From the NCBI GenBank assembly GCA_963677925.2, contig CAXXYH010000004.1, positions 2,400,001 to 2,464,000 of the forward strand: a stretch of DNA of 64,000 bases, in the 5' to 3' direction. The DNA is from Spirochaetia bacterium. Lineage in GTDB: Bacteria; Spirochaetota; Spirochaetia; UBA9216. A program made the position numbers and the translations under genes. The notes under the pieces were generated by a model, which saw only the letters and a program-made list of their open reading frames with translations, was not told the origin of the DNA and made no database searches. Numbering within the stretch: the first letter of the stretch is position 1; each line of letters begins with the position of its first letter. Of the stretch, positions 9,678-19,715 are shown in pieces.

Positions 9678-10667
9678 ATGAATGATATTACTTTCAAGGC
9701 TTTAAATATATTTGAAACTGAGTCCGGCTTCAGTCCGGAAATTATAGATAAAAAGATTTCAGATCTGCCTGATGGAGATCTGGTTATAAAAGTCCATTAT
9801 TCATCGCTTAATTACAAGGATTCGCTTTCTATTTCCGGAAACAGGGGGGTTACCAGAAATTACCCACATACTCCGGGAATTGATGCCTCCGGTGAAGTTG
9901 TAGAATCGGGGTCACCGGCATTCACTGAGGGCGACAAGGTAATAATTACCGGCTACGACTTCGGTATGAATACCTCCGGCGGTTATCAGGAATATGCAAG
10001 AATACCCTCTGCCTGGGCGGTGAAACTGCCCTCTGGGCTTAGCCTTGCAGAGGCAATGGTTTACGGAACGGCCGGTTTTACTGCTGCCATGTCGGCAGAT
10101 AAAATATTTAAGACTCTCAGTCCTGAAGACGGTGAAATAATTGTGTCCGGGGCAACAGGCGGTGTAGGTTCCATAGCCGTAAGACTGCTTGCAGCAGCAG
10201 GTTACAGAGTTGCCGCAGTGACAGGAAAACCGGAAAAGGCGGATTACCTTAAATCACTTGGTGCCTCTTCTATTGTCGAACGATCCTCTTTGCAGGAGGA
10301 AAATTCAAGGCCGATGCTAAAGGCGCAGTATGCCGGTGCAGTTGATACTGTCGGTGGAAATATTCTTGCAAACATTATTAAATCGATTGCTCCGCTGGGA
10401 ACCGTAACCAGCTGCGGGAATGCAGCCTCGGCTGATCTTCCGCTGAGTGTTTATCCCTTCATTCTGCGCGGTATCAGTCTTATTGGAATAGACTCTCAGA
10501 ACTGCCCGATGGAATACAGGCAGTACATCTGGAATCATCTGGCAACAGACTGGAAACTTCCGGATTTATTAAATCTGGCGCATGAGATCAGCCTTTCTGA
10601 AGTAGCAGAACAGGCTTCTCTCATGCTGAAAGCCAAGGCTTCCGGAAGAGCTCTGGTTAAATTATAA
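9678..10667 (+). CDS. YhdH/AcuI-family NADPH quinone/acryloyl-CoA oxidoreductase
   Basis: YSSLNYKD, PGIDASG, GATGGVGS and PFILRG..LIGIDS. Confidence 0.9.
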   Translation: MNDITFKALNIFETESGFSPEIIDKKISDLPDGDLVIKVHYSSLNYKDSLSISGNRGVTRNYPHTPGIDASGEVVESGSPAFTEGDKVIITGYDFGMNTSGGYQEYARIPSAWAVKLPSGLSLAEAMVYGTAGFTAAMSADKIFKTLSPEDGEIIVSGATGGVGSIAVRLLAAAGYRVAAVTGKPEKADYLKSLGASSIVERSSLQEENSRPMLKAQYAGAVDTVGGNILANIIKSIAPLGTVTSCGNAASADLPLSVYPFILRGISLIGIDSQNCPMEYRQYIWNHLATDWKLPDLLNLAHEISLSEVAEQASLMLKAKASGRALVKL

Positions 10668-11690
10668 TCAGTTCCGGCTGATGGAGATGTCGCCTGAGCT
10701 TGCCTTAACTCTAACCAGGCGGCCGCCTCCGTTTACTTTTCCGCTTATCCGATCTTCATCTGATTTTGTTACATCGCCGAGTATTGTGAAATCAGTTGTA
10801 ATCTTTCCGGAAGAGGCGCCAAGATCGGCATCAAAAGCAGAGCCTGCAGGAAGACTGAGTCTGACTCTTCCCGATTTACTGTCTATATCAATATCTCCGG
10901 ATAGGGTGGCTATTTCGATGGTGGTTTTGCCTGATGATATTTCGCATTGAATACCGCCTTCAGCCTTTAACAGTTCAAGTGAACCTGAGGACAGTTTTAT
11001 TCTGGTATTGTCTGCTGATAATCTGTTGATTTTTATATCGCCTGAGGATGCTTTGAGTCCTATTTCCGAAGAACGCAGTTCATCAATCTTTATATCTCCG
11101 GAACTTGCTGTAATATCAATGCTGCGGGCTGCATTCAGCAGTCCTGCGTTTATTTTTCCGGAGGATGCTTCAATAGTAAGCAGTTCGGCGGATATCCTAT
11201 CCAGACTCACATCCCCGGAACTGGATTTTATATTCAGTTTATCAGCAGAGATGTCTGAAACCGTTATATCTGAACTGGAAAGTTCTATTTCAATGTCGCC
11301 GATGAATGATTCAGGTATATTCGCTGAAAAATAGACTCTGCCGGTCTGTGCAAGACCGAAGAACATTTTTTCATTTTTATAGAGGCTGATGTTTAAGACT
11401 CTTCCGTCTTCTGAGACATACAAGGCGGGAACGGCACTGCCCTGGTTTGACGTCATAGTGCCTTCAAGAGCTAGCGTTAGCTTATTTGATGCTGAGCTTC
11501 CTGTGATGGTTTTATCAAAATTAACAGTTGATATGCACAATCCGCATCTTGCTGAATCAAGCCTGAATACCAGTTTCTCTACTGAACCAAGGTTAACCTC
11601 TTTGTAATCATCCAGTTCGTATGACAGGGCAAAGCCCTGCAGTACTGTACTCAGTAATATTACCGCTGTAATTAAAATTATTTTTTTCAT
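10668..11690 (-). CDS. DUF4097-type beta-strand repeat secreted protein
   Basis: Likely ATG at 11690 after AAGGAG; signal peptide; repeated xSSGDI motifs. Confidence 0.8.
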   Translation of the reverse strand: MKKIILITAVILLSTVLQGFALSYELDDYKEVNLGSVEKLVFRLDSARCGLCISTVNFDKTITGSSASNKLTLALEGTMTSNQGSAVPALYVSEDGRVLNISLYKNEKMFFGLAQTGRVYFSANIPESFIGDIEIELSSSDITVSDISADKLNIKSSSGDVSLDRISAELLTIEASSGKINAGLLNAARSIDITASSGDIKIDELRSSEIGLKASSGDIKINRLSADNTRIKLSSGSLELLKAEGGIQCEISSGKTTIEIATLSGDIDIDSKSGRVRLSLPAGSAFDADLGASSGKITTDFTILGDVTKSDEDRISGKVNGGGRLVRVKASSGDISISRN

Positions 11691-11747
11691 TTTATCTCCT
11701 TGCTGCGATTTCTTACTGAAATATAGACCCGAAACCATTAATTCAGT

Positions 11748-11767
11748 AGTCGTATATTTGTACGATT
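11748..11767. promoter_or_regulatory. Probable LuxR-type activator site
   Basis: AGTCGTA-N6-TACGATT, abutting the -35 region of a minus-strand promoter (-10 TATATT at 11720-11725) for the DUF4097 gene. Confidence 0.5.
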
Positions 11768-11774
11768 TGCGTAT

Positions 11775-12701
11775 TTAAGGCCTTCTGAGCCTGTTTGCCA
11801 GCTCAGTTTTATTGCCTACCTGCATTTTAGAGTAAATTCTTCCCACGTGAGTCTGGACGGTGGACATTGAAATAAAAAGATCGGAGGAAATTTCCTTATA
11901 TGTTCTCCCGTGCATCAGCATGAGCGCTACCTCAGATTCCCGGGCCGACAGTCCATACTGCCTGCACAGCTCCTCAGTCCCTAATCCGGATACGCTCTCA
12001 GTTTTTTTACCTGAATACAGCATCATTAAAATTAAAAGTGTTATTACTACTATAATCCCGGACGGGATAATAAAAACAGCTACTTCTGAATCTGTTATTA
12101 CATATGCCGTTACAGATATTAGTATAAAGTTTAGTGTTATTCGAAGTATTTCAAGGCCGGCTTTATCTGTATTCTGATATAAGGGCATATAGAGTTTTAC
12201 TGTACAGATTATCGAAATAAAAAGAAGCAGAAAAAATCCTGCCATTACTGAATACCCATATAGTTCTGCAAACAAAGAGTTTACCGCGAAGGAGTTTATT
12301 ATCAGGAATGAAGATTCAGATATCAAAAATAAACCCAGAAAAACAGCACTTATTATAAAAACCATGCGCGATCTGGAAAATTTACGGTATTCATTAGTAA
12401 GCAGAATGATAAAAAATCCGGCTGACGTCATAGAAAATAGCAGCAGTACATTAAGCACAAGTTCAGGAACAGCCGGGTTGAAATACAGCTGCAGATTATC
12501 CGGACTGTTGTGAATATACATTTCTGCCGTGAGCAGTATACCGGTAAGAGAAAAACTCAGAAGAAACAAATGCAGGGCCGGGCTTTTCTTTGCTGATTTA
12601 CCGGATTTAACTATGACTATCCCGATGGAAATCAATGAAACAGAATAAACGAGAATATAGAGCAGATTGATTAATATATCTTGAACCTGATTGCTGTTCA
12701 C
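11775..12701 (-). CDS. Membrane-embedded LuxR-family regulator
   Basis: About 7 TM helices followed by YGLSARESEVA...TYKEIS..LFIS.STV.THV..IYSK. Confidence 0.85.
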   Translation of the reverse strand: MNSNQVQDILINLLYILVYSVSLISIGIVIVKSGKSAKKSPALHLFLLSFSLTGILLTAEMYIHNSPDNLQLYFNPAVPELVLNVLLLFSMTSAGFFIILLTNEYRKFSRSRMVFIISAVFLGLFLISESSFLIINSFAVNSLFAELYGYSVMAGFFLLLFISIICTVKLYMPLYQNTDKAGLEILRITLNFILISVTAYVITDSEVAVFIIPSGIIVVITLLILMMLYSGKKTESVSGLGTEELCRQYGLSARESEVALMLMHGRTYKEISSDLFISMSTVQTHVGRIYSKMQVGNKTELANRLRRP

Positions 12702-12836
12702 TCAGATGATTTTACAGCCTGTATTTTCAATTATCAATTAATAAACTGATTTTTTGTACGACAATTCTAAAAATATTAATATTATGATCATTGCAGGATA
12801 AAGAAAGAATGAATAGAATTGTAATTGGAGGACTAA

Positions 12837-13235
12837 ATGAAGTCTCTGATAGTTGAAGATGACCTTGCCAGCAGACTGATTTTACAGGAAATGCTGAGTA
12901 ACTTCGGGCCGGTTCATACTGCAGTAAACGGCAAAGAGGGGCTGCAGCTTTTTAAACGATCAATAGAAAAAAATGATAAATACAAACTGATATGTCTAGA
13001 TATAATGATGCCGGAGATGGACGGGCAGCAGGTTCTTAAGGAAATTCGTGAAATTGAAGCCTCCGAATCCGCAGAACACTTCAGGCGGACGAAGGTGTTT
13101 ATGGTTACAGCTTTGGGTGATGTTGAGAGTGTAATGAAATCCTTCTACGAGCTCTGTGACGGTTATCTGCTTAAACCGGTTACAAAGGAGAAGCTTCTGA
13201 AGGAACTGAAAAAAGTAAGACTGATTGCCGGATAA
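12837..13235 (+). CDS. Single-domain (CheY-like) response regulator
   Basis: IVEDD, LDIMMPEMDG, VTA and LLKP receiver motifs. Confidence 0.9.
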   Translation: MKSLIVEDDLASRLILQEMLSNFGPVHTAVNGKEGLQLFKRSIEKNDKYKLICLDIMMPEMDGQQVLKEIREIEASESAEHFRRTKVFMVTALGDVESVMKSFYELCDGYLLKPVTKEKLLKELKKVRLIAG

Positions 13236-13243
13236 TCCAGCAG

Positions 13244-14233
13244 TCAGAGTTTCTTCAATTCATCCCTCCTTCGGCGGTAGGCAAGAATCGGTCCGTCTCC
13301 CTGCAGAAGATTTTCTTTCATTTTAAGTTCCGTTTTTTTCGGCAGCTGAGTATGCACAACCCTCCTGTCCTGGTGGGTAATTATCTTACTGAAAAACATT
13401 CCGAATCCGTTTACGACTTCTCTCAATACCGGCACCATCATAAATTTTTGATAGAATCTCAAATAGAGAAGGGTATGATCTTCATCAACCGGAACAAAGG
13501 CAATAAATATCCTGGCCTTATCAGTCAGCCAGTTCTGCCATATATGCGGAAAACGGAAGTGCAGATGCTGCTGTCCTTCTTTCGGCTCAGGTGTTTCTTC
13601 GGGTCTTTGTGGACTCTGGCCTTCATCAACAGCATTATATACCCAGACACTCATTTCATTATCACTGATCTTTACCCTGGGGCCGTTCACCAGAGTCTTG
13701 TTTCCGGCCCCTATCGTGTTGTGATGTACAAAGGGCAGGTGGAGAACATCAAGCTGATTTTCTATGCATCTGGAATAGTGGCATAACCATGGATCGATCC
13801 AGTTTTTATAGCTGAAACTTTCATCGATATCATCGAAATACGGCAGGGGAGGAAAGGCTGAAACATCATCAGATGCACTTAGTCTGTCACTCCAGAAGAT
13901 CCATATCAAACCGGCTTGCTCTGCTGTTTTATAGGATTCTGTGTGGAAATTTTCCGGAATCGGGGTTTCTTTTCCGTTTCCCGGAATAAGAATGCATGTG
14001 CCCTTGCTGTCAAATTCGAGTCCGTGAAAGGGGCACTGCGGATGCCCCTCATGGATCTTCCCGGCCGATATCGATGCCCCGCGGTGCGGACATTTATCTG
14101 CAATACATGAAACCTTACCGGTGGTACCGTCTCTCCAGAAAGCAAGTTTTTCTCCAAGCCTCAGCGCTCCGGTAATTCGTCCCGGTTTAACTTCCTTACT
14201 GTAAAGTACAGCATACCACTGGTTTTTTATCAT
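13244..14233 (-). CDS. Rieske non-haem iron oxygenase alpha subunit (VanA-like)
   Basis: CPHRG...CPFHG Rieske ligands; ENQLDVLHLPFVH mononuclear Fe motif. Confidence 0.9.
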   Translation of the reverse strand: MIKNQWYAVLYSKEVKPGRITGALRLGEKLAFWRDGTTGKVSCIADKCPHRGASISAGKIHEGHPQCPFHGLEFDSKGTCILIPGNGKETPIPENFHTESYKTAEQAGLIWIFWSDRLSASDDVSAFPPLPYFDDIDESFSYKNWIDPWLCHYSRCIENQLDVLHLPFVHHNTIGAGNKTLVNGPRVKISDNEMSVWVYNAVDEGQSPQRPEETPEPKEGQQHLHFRFPHIWQNWLTDKARIFIAFVPVDEDHTLLYLRFYQKFMMVPVLREVVNGFGMFFSKIITHQDRRVVHTQLPKKTELKMKENLLQGDGPILAYRRRRDELKKL

Positions 14234-14239
14234 GCATTC

Positions 14240-15097
14240 CTACCTCAGAGTTAATCCGAGTGTCAGGGATGTTGTTGCAAGATAATTGGCTGTGGCATCC
14301 TCAACACTGTCTGTCCAGTATAGATCAGGATACTCACTTACGCCATCTGCACTTCCTCCAAGGAACCGCAAGTTCATGAAAAGATCAATGTTGTTCTTAA
14401 GGGTATAACCGCCCCTAAGCGAGGCATCAAGCAGAGACCCTGAAAAATCAAAGTTTGCACCGTTAATAAAAGCCGAGGAGGCATAAATACCGGTGATATC
14501 AGCAAGTGCATAGAATCCGTTTGCAAACTGGTAGCGTCCGTAAAGATTTAGTGCCGGTACAGGCCCCAGGTTCTGACTGACGGTCATCTGCTCACCATCC
14601 TGTTGTTTGAATACTATAGAAGCATCTCTAAGCTGAATTGCAGCTCCTGCAGCAAGATCTATTCGATCGCTTTTAAAGAAGTCATAGGCATATGTAATTC
14701 TGTAGAATGGGAAGCCGTATGACAGCTCCATCGGTGTTCCCCCAGGGAAGGTTACATTATCTACAGTTACATCATCCTTGAATGTGACTTCTGTCAATAC
14801 TTCAAGGGGCTGGTAGAGAAAACTGAGCCTGTGCTGATCGGCTATGACAATACCTGCATTGAATCTCTGAATGGGAAAGAGTATTTCCTGCCCGCCCTGT
14901 GTCACAAAGTCAAAGGTTGTGCCTGTTCCTGCTGTTTCTGAACCTATTAGTATTGTATGATAGTTAACTTTTACAGTGCCGAGCTCTGATTCAAGGAAGA
15001 ATTTAAAATTTGAATCATCCCGGTTTATCAATGACTGCTGGGCAGATAGTGACAGCGGTATAAAAATAATTGAAATTAAAAGGATTAGTTTTTTCAT
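14240..15097 (-). CDS. Secreted protein, probable outer-membrane beta-barrel
   Basis: Signal peptide (SLSA); alternating beta-strand pattern; GGAGG RBS. Confidence 0.55.
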   Translation of the reverse strand: MKKLILLISIIFIPLSLSAQQSLINRDDSNFKFFLESELGTVKVNYHTILIGSETAGTGTTFDFVTQGGQEILFPIQRFNAGIVIADQHRLSFLYQPLEVLTEVTFKDDVTVDNVTFPGGTPMELSYGFPFYRITYAYDFFKSDRIDLAAGAAIQLRDASIVFKQQDGEQMTVSQNLGPVPALNLYGRYQFANGFYALADITGIYASSAFINGANFDFSGSLLDASLRGGYTLKNNIDLFMNLRFLGGSADGVSEYPDLYWTDSVEDATANYLATTSLTLGLTLR

Positions 15098-15244
15098 ATA
15101 TAGCCTCCAATTATATTAATGATAATAAAAATAAAGCTATAAGTAAAAAGAAAATAGTTAAAACACCGGATGAAGTGTAAGTAAAGCTTGTTTTATTATT
15201 TACTTTTCTGCTAATATTTCCCATCATTTTTACGGGAGTGTAAA

Positions 15245-15979
15245 TTGATTATTATTTCTGCGATTGCTTCCCTGATTACCTGGCTTGAAATAGTTATCGG
15301 AGCGATATTATTTATACCGATCCAGGCTGTCTTGTTTCTGCTGACCGCTCCATTTGATAAAAAGCGGCGCATACTTCATTATAACTCTTCAATTCTGTGT
15401 TTGATTCTGCTTGCTATAATTCCTATCTGGCGTCTGAAGATAAACGGAAAGGAGTATCTGGACAGAAAGAAGTCCTTTGTCATTACTGCCAATCACCAGT
15501 CTCTTATAGATATACTGCTTGTTTTCCGTCTATTTTATCCGGTCAAAATGATTGCAAAAAAATCTCTGGCTCTTGTTCCTGTAATCGGATGGAACCTGTA
15601 TTTTTCAGGACATCTTTTAATCGATCGTAATAATAGGAAAAGCCAGTTTGATGCAATCAGAAAAATCGAAGATATTTTAGGTAACGGAGAATCCTTTCTT
15701 ATTTTTCCGGAAGGAACCAGAACACGGGACGGAAATATCGGTGAGTTCAAAAAAGGTGCATTCAGATCAGCAGTAAATACTGAAACGCCGATTCTACCGA
15801 TCATAATCGACGGTGCATTTCAGTCGCTGCCTCCGAATAAATTTATTGCCAACGGGTTCAAAACGATAACCATAAATATCATGCCGCCTATCGATGTTAC
15901 AAGTGATATGAAGATGTCGGATGTATCCGAAAATTGCCGGAATAAAATGGTGGAAGAACTGGACCGTATGAGGGGCTGA
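15245..15979 (+). CDS. plsC: 1-acyl-sn-glycerol-3-phosphate acyltransferase
   Basis: NHQSLID and FPEGTR motifs. Confidence 0.8.
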   Translation: MIIISAIASLITWLEIVIGAILFIPIQAVLFLLTAPFDKKRRILHYNSSILCLILLAIIPIWRLKINGKEYLDRKKSFVITANHQSLIDILLVFRLFYPVKMIAKKSLALVPVIGWNLYFSGHLLIDRNNRKSQFDAIRKIEDILGNGESFLIFPEGTRTRDGNIGEFKKGAFRSAVNTETPILPIIIDGAFQSLPPNKFIANGFKTITINIMPPIDVTSDMKMSDVSENCRNKMVEELDRMRG

Positions 15980-15996
15980 TTTATTTAAAAGCGAGT

Positions 15997-17310
15997 TTGA
16001 ACTTGGCATGTCTTTCTGTTATAGTTTTATTAGATATGATAAGTTCAATTCAAATAAGTGATTTTTCAATTTCTCTTTTAGTCACAATCGGAATCAGATT
16101 TTTTGCATTTATTATGTTTCTGGTTATGACAATTCGGCAGCGAGAAAGCAAGCATTTTATCATATCAGCTGCATGGTTTATATATATAATTGGTCCGATT
16201 GTGGTACTGACTTCCACGGATATGGCCTCAGGATTTTCCAAACCATCATTTGTTTTCTCTGCTCTATGTGCAACCGGATTACTTGTGTTCGGGCTGGTTT
16301 TGTATATATATAATCTGAAAGCGAAGTTTGTGGCAGTAATTACATTATCAATCACTGCCGCAGCTGCTGTTTTTACGATTATACTTTCCGCAGGACAAAC
16401 TACTATAACATCTTTGATCCAGTTTCTTTTCATCTTTTTGTGCTTTGCGTTTGTATTATTCAATAAAAAGTCGTTCAGATATGAGAAATCAAGTCTCAGT
16501 TTTGTCTGGTTTATAATTACTATTGTTCTTGCACTTGTACAGTCACTCGGCTTTAATCTTTTCCTTGATGATGTTGCGATTTCGGTAAAATTAATCCTTA
16601 CCGCTCTGATAAACCTTTCATTCATGGAGTTTTTGATCTTCCTTGACTGGGAGCAGATTCAGAAAGAGTACAAAACATCTCTAAAGCAGAAAGAGATTCT
16701 TCTTCAGGAAGTTCATCATCGTGTAAAAAATAACCTCTCAATTATCAATTCAATATTACGGCTTCAGGAATCTCACATCGATGATGAGGACAAAATTGAA
16801 CTACTGCAGAGTCTTGAAACAAGACTGAGTACAATGGCTATGGTTCACGATCAGCTCTACAGATCAAGTTCCAAAAAGGTAGTAGATTTTTCACTGTATA
16901 TGATTGAACTTACAGATTATCTTGCCTCCTGCCTGAGTCTGCCTGAAAGTTCCGTTGTTATTGAGCGTGATATACAGCCGCTGAATCTTGATATAAATAA
17001 AATGATACCCTGCGGAATGCTGGTAAATGAAATTGTGACCAATTCATTCAAACATGCTTTTTCCGGAATAAAATTACCTGTTCTTTCGATACAGACCAAA
17101 ATGGATGACAATGGAAATTGTATAATCAGAATTGCTGACAACGGACGGGGCATGGATGATTCAGAGACGCAGGAAGCTAAGAGTACAACTGGCCGGGTTA
17201 TCATATCAGCCCTGGTTGAACAGCTTGAAGCACATGTGCAAATTAACAACATCGGAGGAACTGAGTACATTATCAGTATTAAGAGCAATGAAAAACAAAA
17301 GAACGGCTGA
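15997..17310 (+). CDS. Membrane sensor histidine kinase, HisKA_2 type (start may be ATG 16036)
   Basis: About 7 TM; EVHHRVKNNL, NEIVTNSFKHAF and DNGRG. Confidence 0.9.
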   Translation: MNLACLSVIVLLDMISSIQISDFSISLLVTIGIRFFAFIMFLVMTIRQRESKHFIISAAWFIYIIGPIVVLTSTDMASGFSKPSFVFSALCATGLLVFGLVLYIYNLKAKFVAVITLSITAAAAVFTIILSAGQTTITSLIQFLFIFLCFAFVLFNKKSFRYEKSSLSFVWFIITIVLALVQSLGFNLFLDDVAISVKLILTALINLSFMEFLIFLDWEQIQKEYKTSLKQKEILLQEVHHRVKNNLSIINSILRLQESHIDDEDKIELLQSLETRLSTMAMVHDQLYRSSSKKVVDFSLYMIELTDYLASCLSLPESSVVIERDIQPLNLDINKMIPCGMLVNEIVTNSFKHAFSGIKLPVLSIQTKMDDNGNCIIRIADNGRGMDDSETQEAKSTTGRVIISALVEQLEAHVQINNIGGTEYIISIKSNEKQKNG

Positions 17311-17800
17311 TTTTTTAAATTATTCAATCGGACAGATCGGATATGTAGTTGAGGATCTATATAAAACTGTAAAAAATTACCATGAAAACTTCGGAGTGGG
17401 TAACTGGCAGATCTATACTTACGGACCTCCGCTTCTTAAGTTTATGAACTATATGGGGAAACCCGTGAGATATAAATCAAGGATAGCACTAAGTTACTTC
17501 GGAAACACAAGAATAGAAATTATTCAGAATCTTGAGGGAAAGACCGTCTACAGCGATTTTATCGAAAAACACGGTTACGGCATTCAGCATCTTGGTATAT
17601 ATGTTGAAGATATTAAAGAGGAAATCCGCAAGGCAGAAGAAGCAGGCTTCAGCGTGCTGATGGAGGGCGGAGGATTCGGTCCCGACGGAGACGGACATTT
17701 TGCTTATCTTGATACTGAAAAAGATCATGGAATCACCTTCGAATTGATTCAGCGGCCGCTCAGAAGATATGAGCCGGAGGATATCTATCCGGCAGAATAG
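17288..17800 (+). CDS. VOC/glyoxalase-family protein (methylmalonyl-CoA epimerase-like)
   Basis: QIGYVV.D, IEIIQ, GIQHLG and FELIQ. ATG 17288 is preferred because the longer ORF overlaps the kinase gene. Confidence 0.8.
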   Translation: MKNKRTADFLNYSIGQIGYVVEDLYKTVKNYHENFGVGNWQIYTYGPPLLKFMNYMGKPVRYKSRIALSYFGNTRIEIIQNLEGKTVYSDFIEKHGYGIQHLGIYVEDIKEEIRKAEEAGFSVLMEGGGFGPDGDGHFAYLDTEKDHGITFELIQRPLRRYEPEDIYPAE

Positions 17801-17805
17801 CTCTC

Positions 17806-18693
17806 TTAATAGCCATTCTTAATAAGCATTTGAACTACGCGGAAGTAGAAATCAAGGTAGTCAAAGTCAGAATTCGGCAGAATATCAAGCCCGACAAGAT
17901 CCGGGTGGTTAAGACTGCCTGAATACTCCATATATTCATTCACTGTTCCGAGGTAGTTTCCCCATCTCGCAGATGATACTGATATCATTCCGTCATTAGG
18001 TCCTTCTTTGAAGAATATATATTCACGAAGGAGGCTGAAAATAAAATGGAAATCATCATACCTCATTACCGCTGAAAATGAGTAATATGTAACTTCATCC
18101 AGATTTTGATATTTAGTATTGAAAATTTCCATCTCCTCAGTTCCAAGCTGTGTTATGGTTTTAATAAAATCCTGATTTCTGTCTCCGGCATACCCGGCAA
18201 GGGTGTTCATGATGTATTCAAGTGAATAACTGGTTGTAAGCGGATTGGATGAAAAGAAATCGGCAACAGGCGTACCTCTGTGCGGAGTTGAAACTGTTGT
18301 TATACTTGCAATTCTGCCCCGGGCTTGCGGAAGATAGGCCGCCAGTCTTGAATCAAGACCTCCCTTGGAAAATGCAATTATATTCACCTTTTCCGTTTCA
18401 GTTTCCAGACATATTTTTTCTATCTGTTTTGCTAGCCGTTCAGCGTTTGATTCAATACTTCCCAGAGCATCAATGTCAGCAATATACGCCGACATTCCTT
18501 TCTTATTGAGAAAATTCGCTATGGGTAGGGCAGAGTTCGGATAGATGATATCAGAACGTTCAATGAAGCCGTGAACGATAATCATGGGATATTTCGTTTT
18601 TTCATATTCATGGAAGTCTACTGCTCCTGCGGAAAGCGGCAGCAGCAGTAGGCAGGCTGTAAAAGTAATATAATGTCTAAGTCTCATCAGCAT
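17806..18693 (-). CDS. Secreted alpha/beta-hydrolase (lipase/esterase)
   Basis: IVHGF, AFSKGG nucleophile elbow, STPHRG, NDG, late His; signal peptide. Confidence 0.85.
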   Translation of the reverse strand: MLMRLRHYITFTACLLLLPLSAGAVDFHEYEKTKYPMIIVHGFIERSDIIYPNSALPIANFLNKKGMSAYIADIDALGSIESNAERLAKQIEKICLETETEKVNIIAFSKGGLDSRLAAYLPQARGRIASITTVSTPHRGTPVADFFSSNPLTTSYSLEYIMNTLAGYAGDRNQDFIKTITQLGTEEMEIFNTKYQNLDEVTYYSFSAVMRYDDFHFIFSLLREYIFFKEGPNDGMISVSSARWGNYLGTVNEYMEYSGSLNHPDLVGLDILPNSDFDYLDFYFRVVQMLIKNGY

Positions 18694-18708
18694 TAGTCCT
18701 TCCCTGAA

Positions 18709-19611
18709 TTAAAAGCCGTTATCGGCCAGATATTTAATGAGTTTTTCAAAAAATAGTTCATGATCAAAGTTATTGTTATGCGGTATATTCAACCCGACTA
18801 CATCTGTATGGCAGATATCGGTATCACAGGCTGAAAAGCAGTTTATAGTCCCAAGGTATTCTCCCCATGCTGCAGATTCTTCGGAGACTATTCCGTCATT
18901 GGGTCCCTCAACTGTAGCTACCAGGTCACGGGAAGAGCCGAAAAAAACATGAAAATAGTCGCTTGAAACCGTTGATGCAAAAGAATAATACTTTACTCCG
19001 GGGTAATCACTGCATATCATATTGAAAATTCTCATCTTGTCCCGTCCCATCTGATAAAGACAGTCCGGATAGGCTTCCTTGCGGTCTCCCGCCAGTTTTC
19101 CGAAGGTGTTGATTAGGAATACCGAAAATTTATTTGAGGTCAGCCACCAGGTAGAAAAAAAGTCTATTGCAGTTGAACCCCGGTGCGGGGTCGCAAGAGT
19201 CGTAAGCGAAGCCGTATATGCCCCTGCACCCATAATTGAAACGGCGTATCTGGCATCTAAACCGCCCTTTGAATAGGCAATTATATTAATCTTCTCCTTC
19301 CCTGGATTTTCCTTGAGAATTTCATCCATGGCCTGAGTAATGTAGTACGCGTTATCCTCGATTTTTGCGAAGGCATCAGTATCGGCGTAGTAAACATTAT
19401 AGCCCTTCAGTCTTAGATGCTTTGTTAGATCTACAAGCGAGTTGGGGTATGGGATGGTGGTACGTTCATTGAAGCCGTGAACAAGAAGGATTGGGTAGCG
19501 GGGCTGTATGATTTCGGGTTCAGCAAGTTTTGCGGTAGTATTGCATGAAACGAGAAGAAGTGCTGTAAAAAGTATCAGTATTGATTTTACACGCCGCATT
19601 TTAAAACTCAA
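18709..19611 (-). CDS. Lipoprotein alpha/beta-hydrolase (lipase/esterase)
   Basis: Lipobox LLVSC; LVHGF, AYSKGG, ATPHRG, NDG and CHTD. Confidence 0.85.
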   Translation of the reverse strand: MSFKMRRVKSILILFTALLLVSCNTTAKLAEPEIIQPRYPILLVHGFNERTTIPYPNSLVDLTKHLRLKGYNVYYADTDAFAKIEDNAYYITQAMDEILKENPGKEKINIIAYSKGGLDARYAVSIMGAGAYTASLTTLATPHRGSTAIDFFSTWWLTSNKFSVFLINTFGKLAGDRKEAYPDCLYQMGRDKMRIFNMICSDYPGVKYYSFASTVSSDYFHVFFGSSRDLVATVEGPNDGIVSEESAAWGEYLGTINCFSACDTDICHTDVVGLNIPHNNNFDHELFFEKLIKYLADNGF

Positions 19612-19655
19612 AGTATTTATAACAGGAAATCGGATTTATAACTATAACCGAGTAC

Positions 19656-19690
19656 AAAAAAAGGGACCAACCTGTTTCAAGTCAGTCCCC
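19656..19690 (-). terminator. Intrinsic terminator of the RRM gene
   Basis: Minus strand GGGACTGAC...GTTGGTCCC followed by T7. Confidence 0.75.
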
Positions 19691-19715
19691 TTAGGTACAA
19701 AGTAAAAAGTTATAG

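Noticed and set aside
17132-17287. N-terminal extension of the VOC ORF overlapping the histidine kinase
   Set aside because: The recognisable domain starts after ATG 17288, so the extension is a shadow frame.
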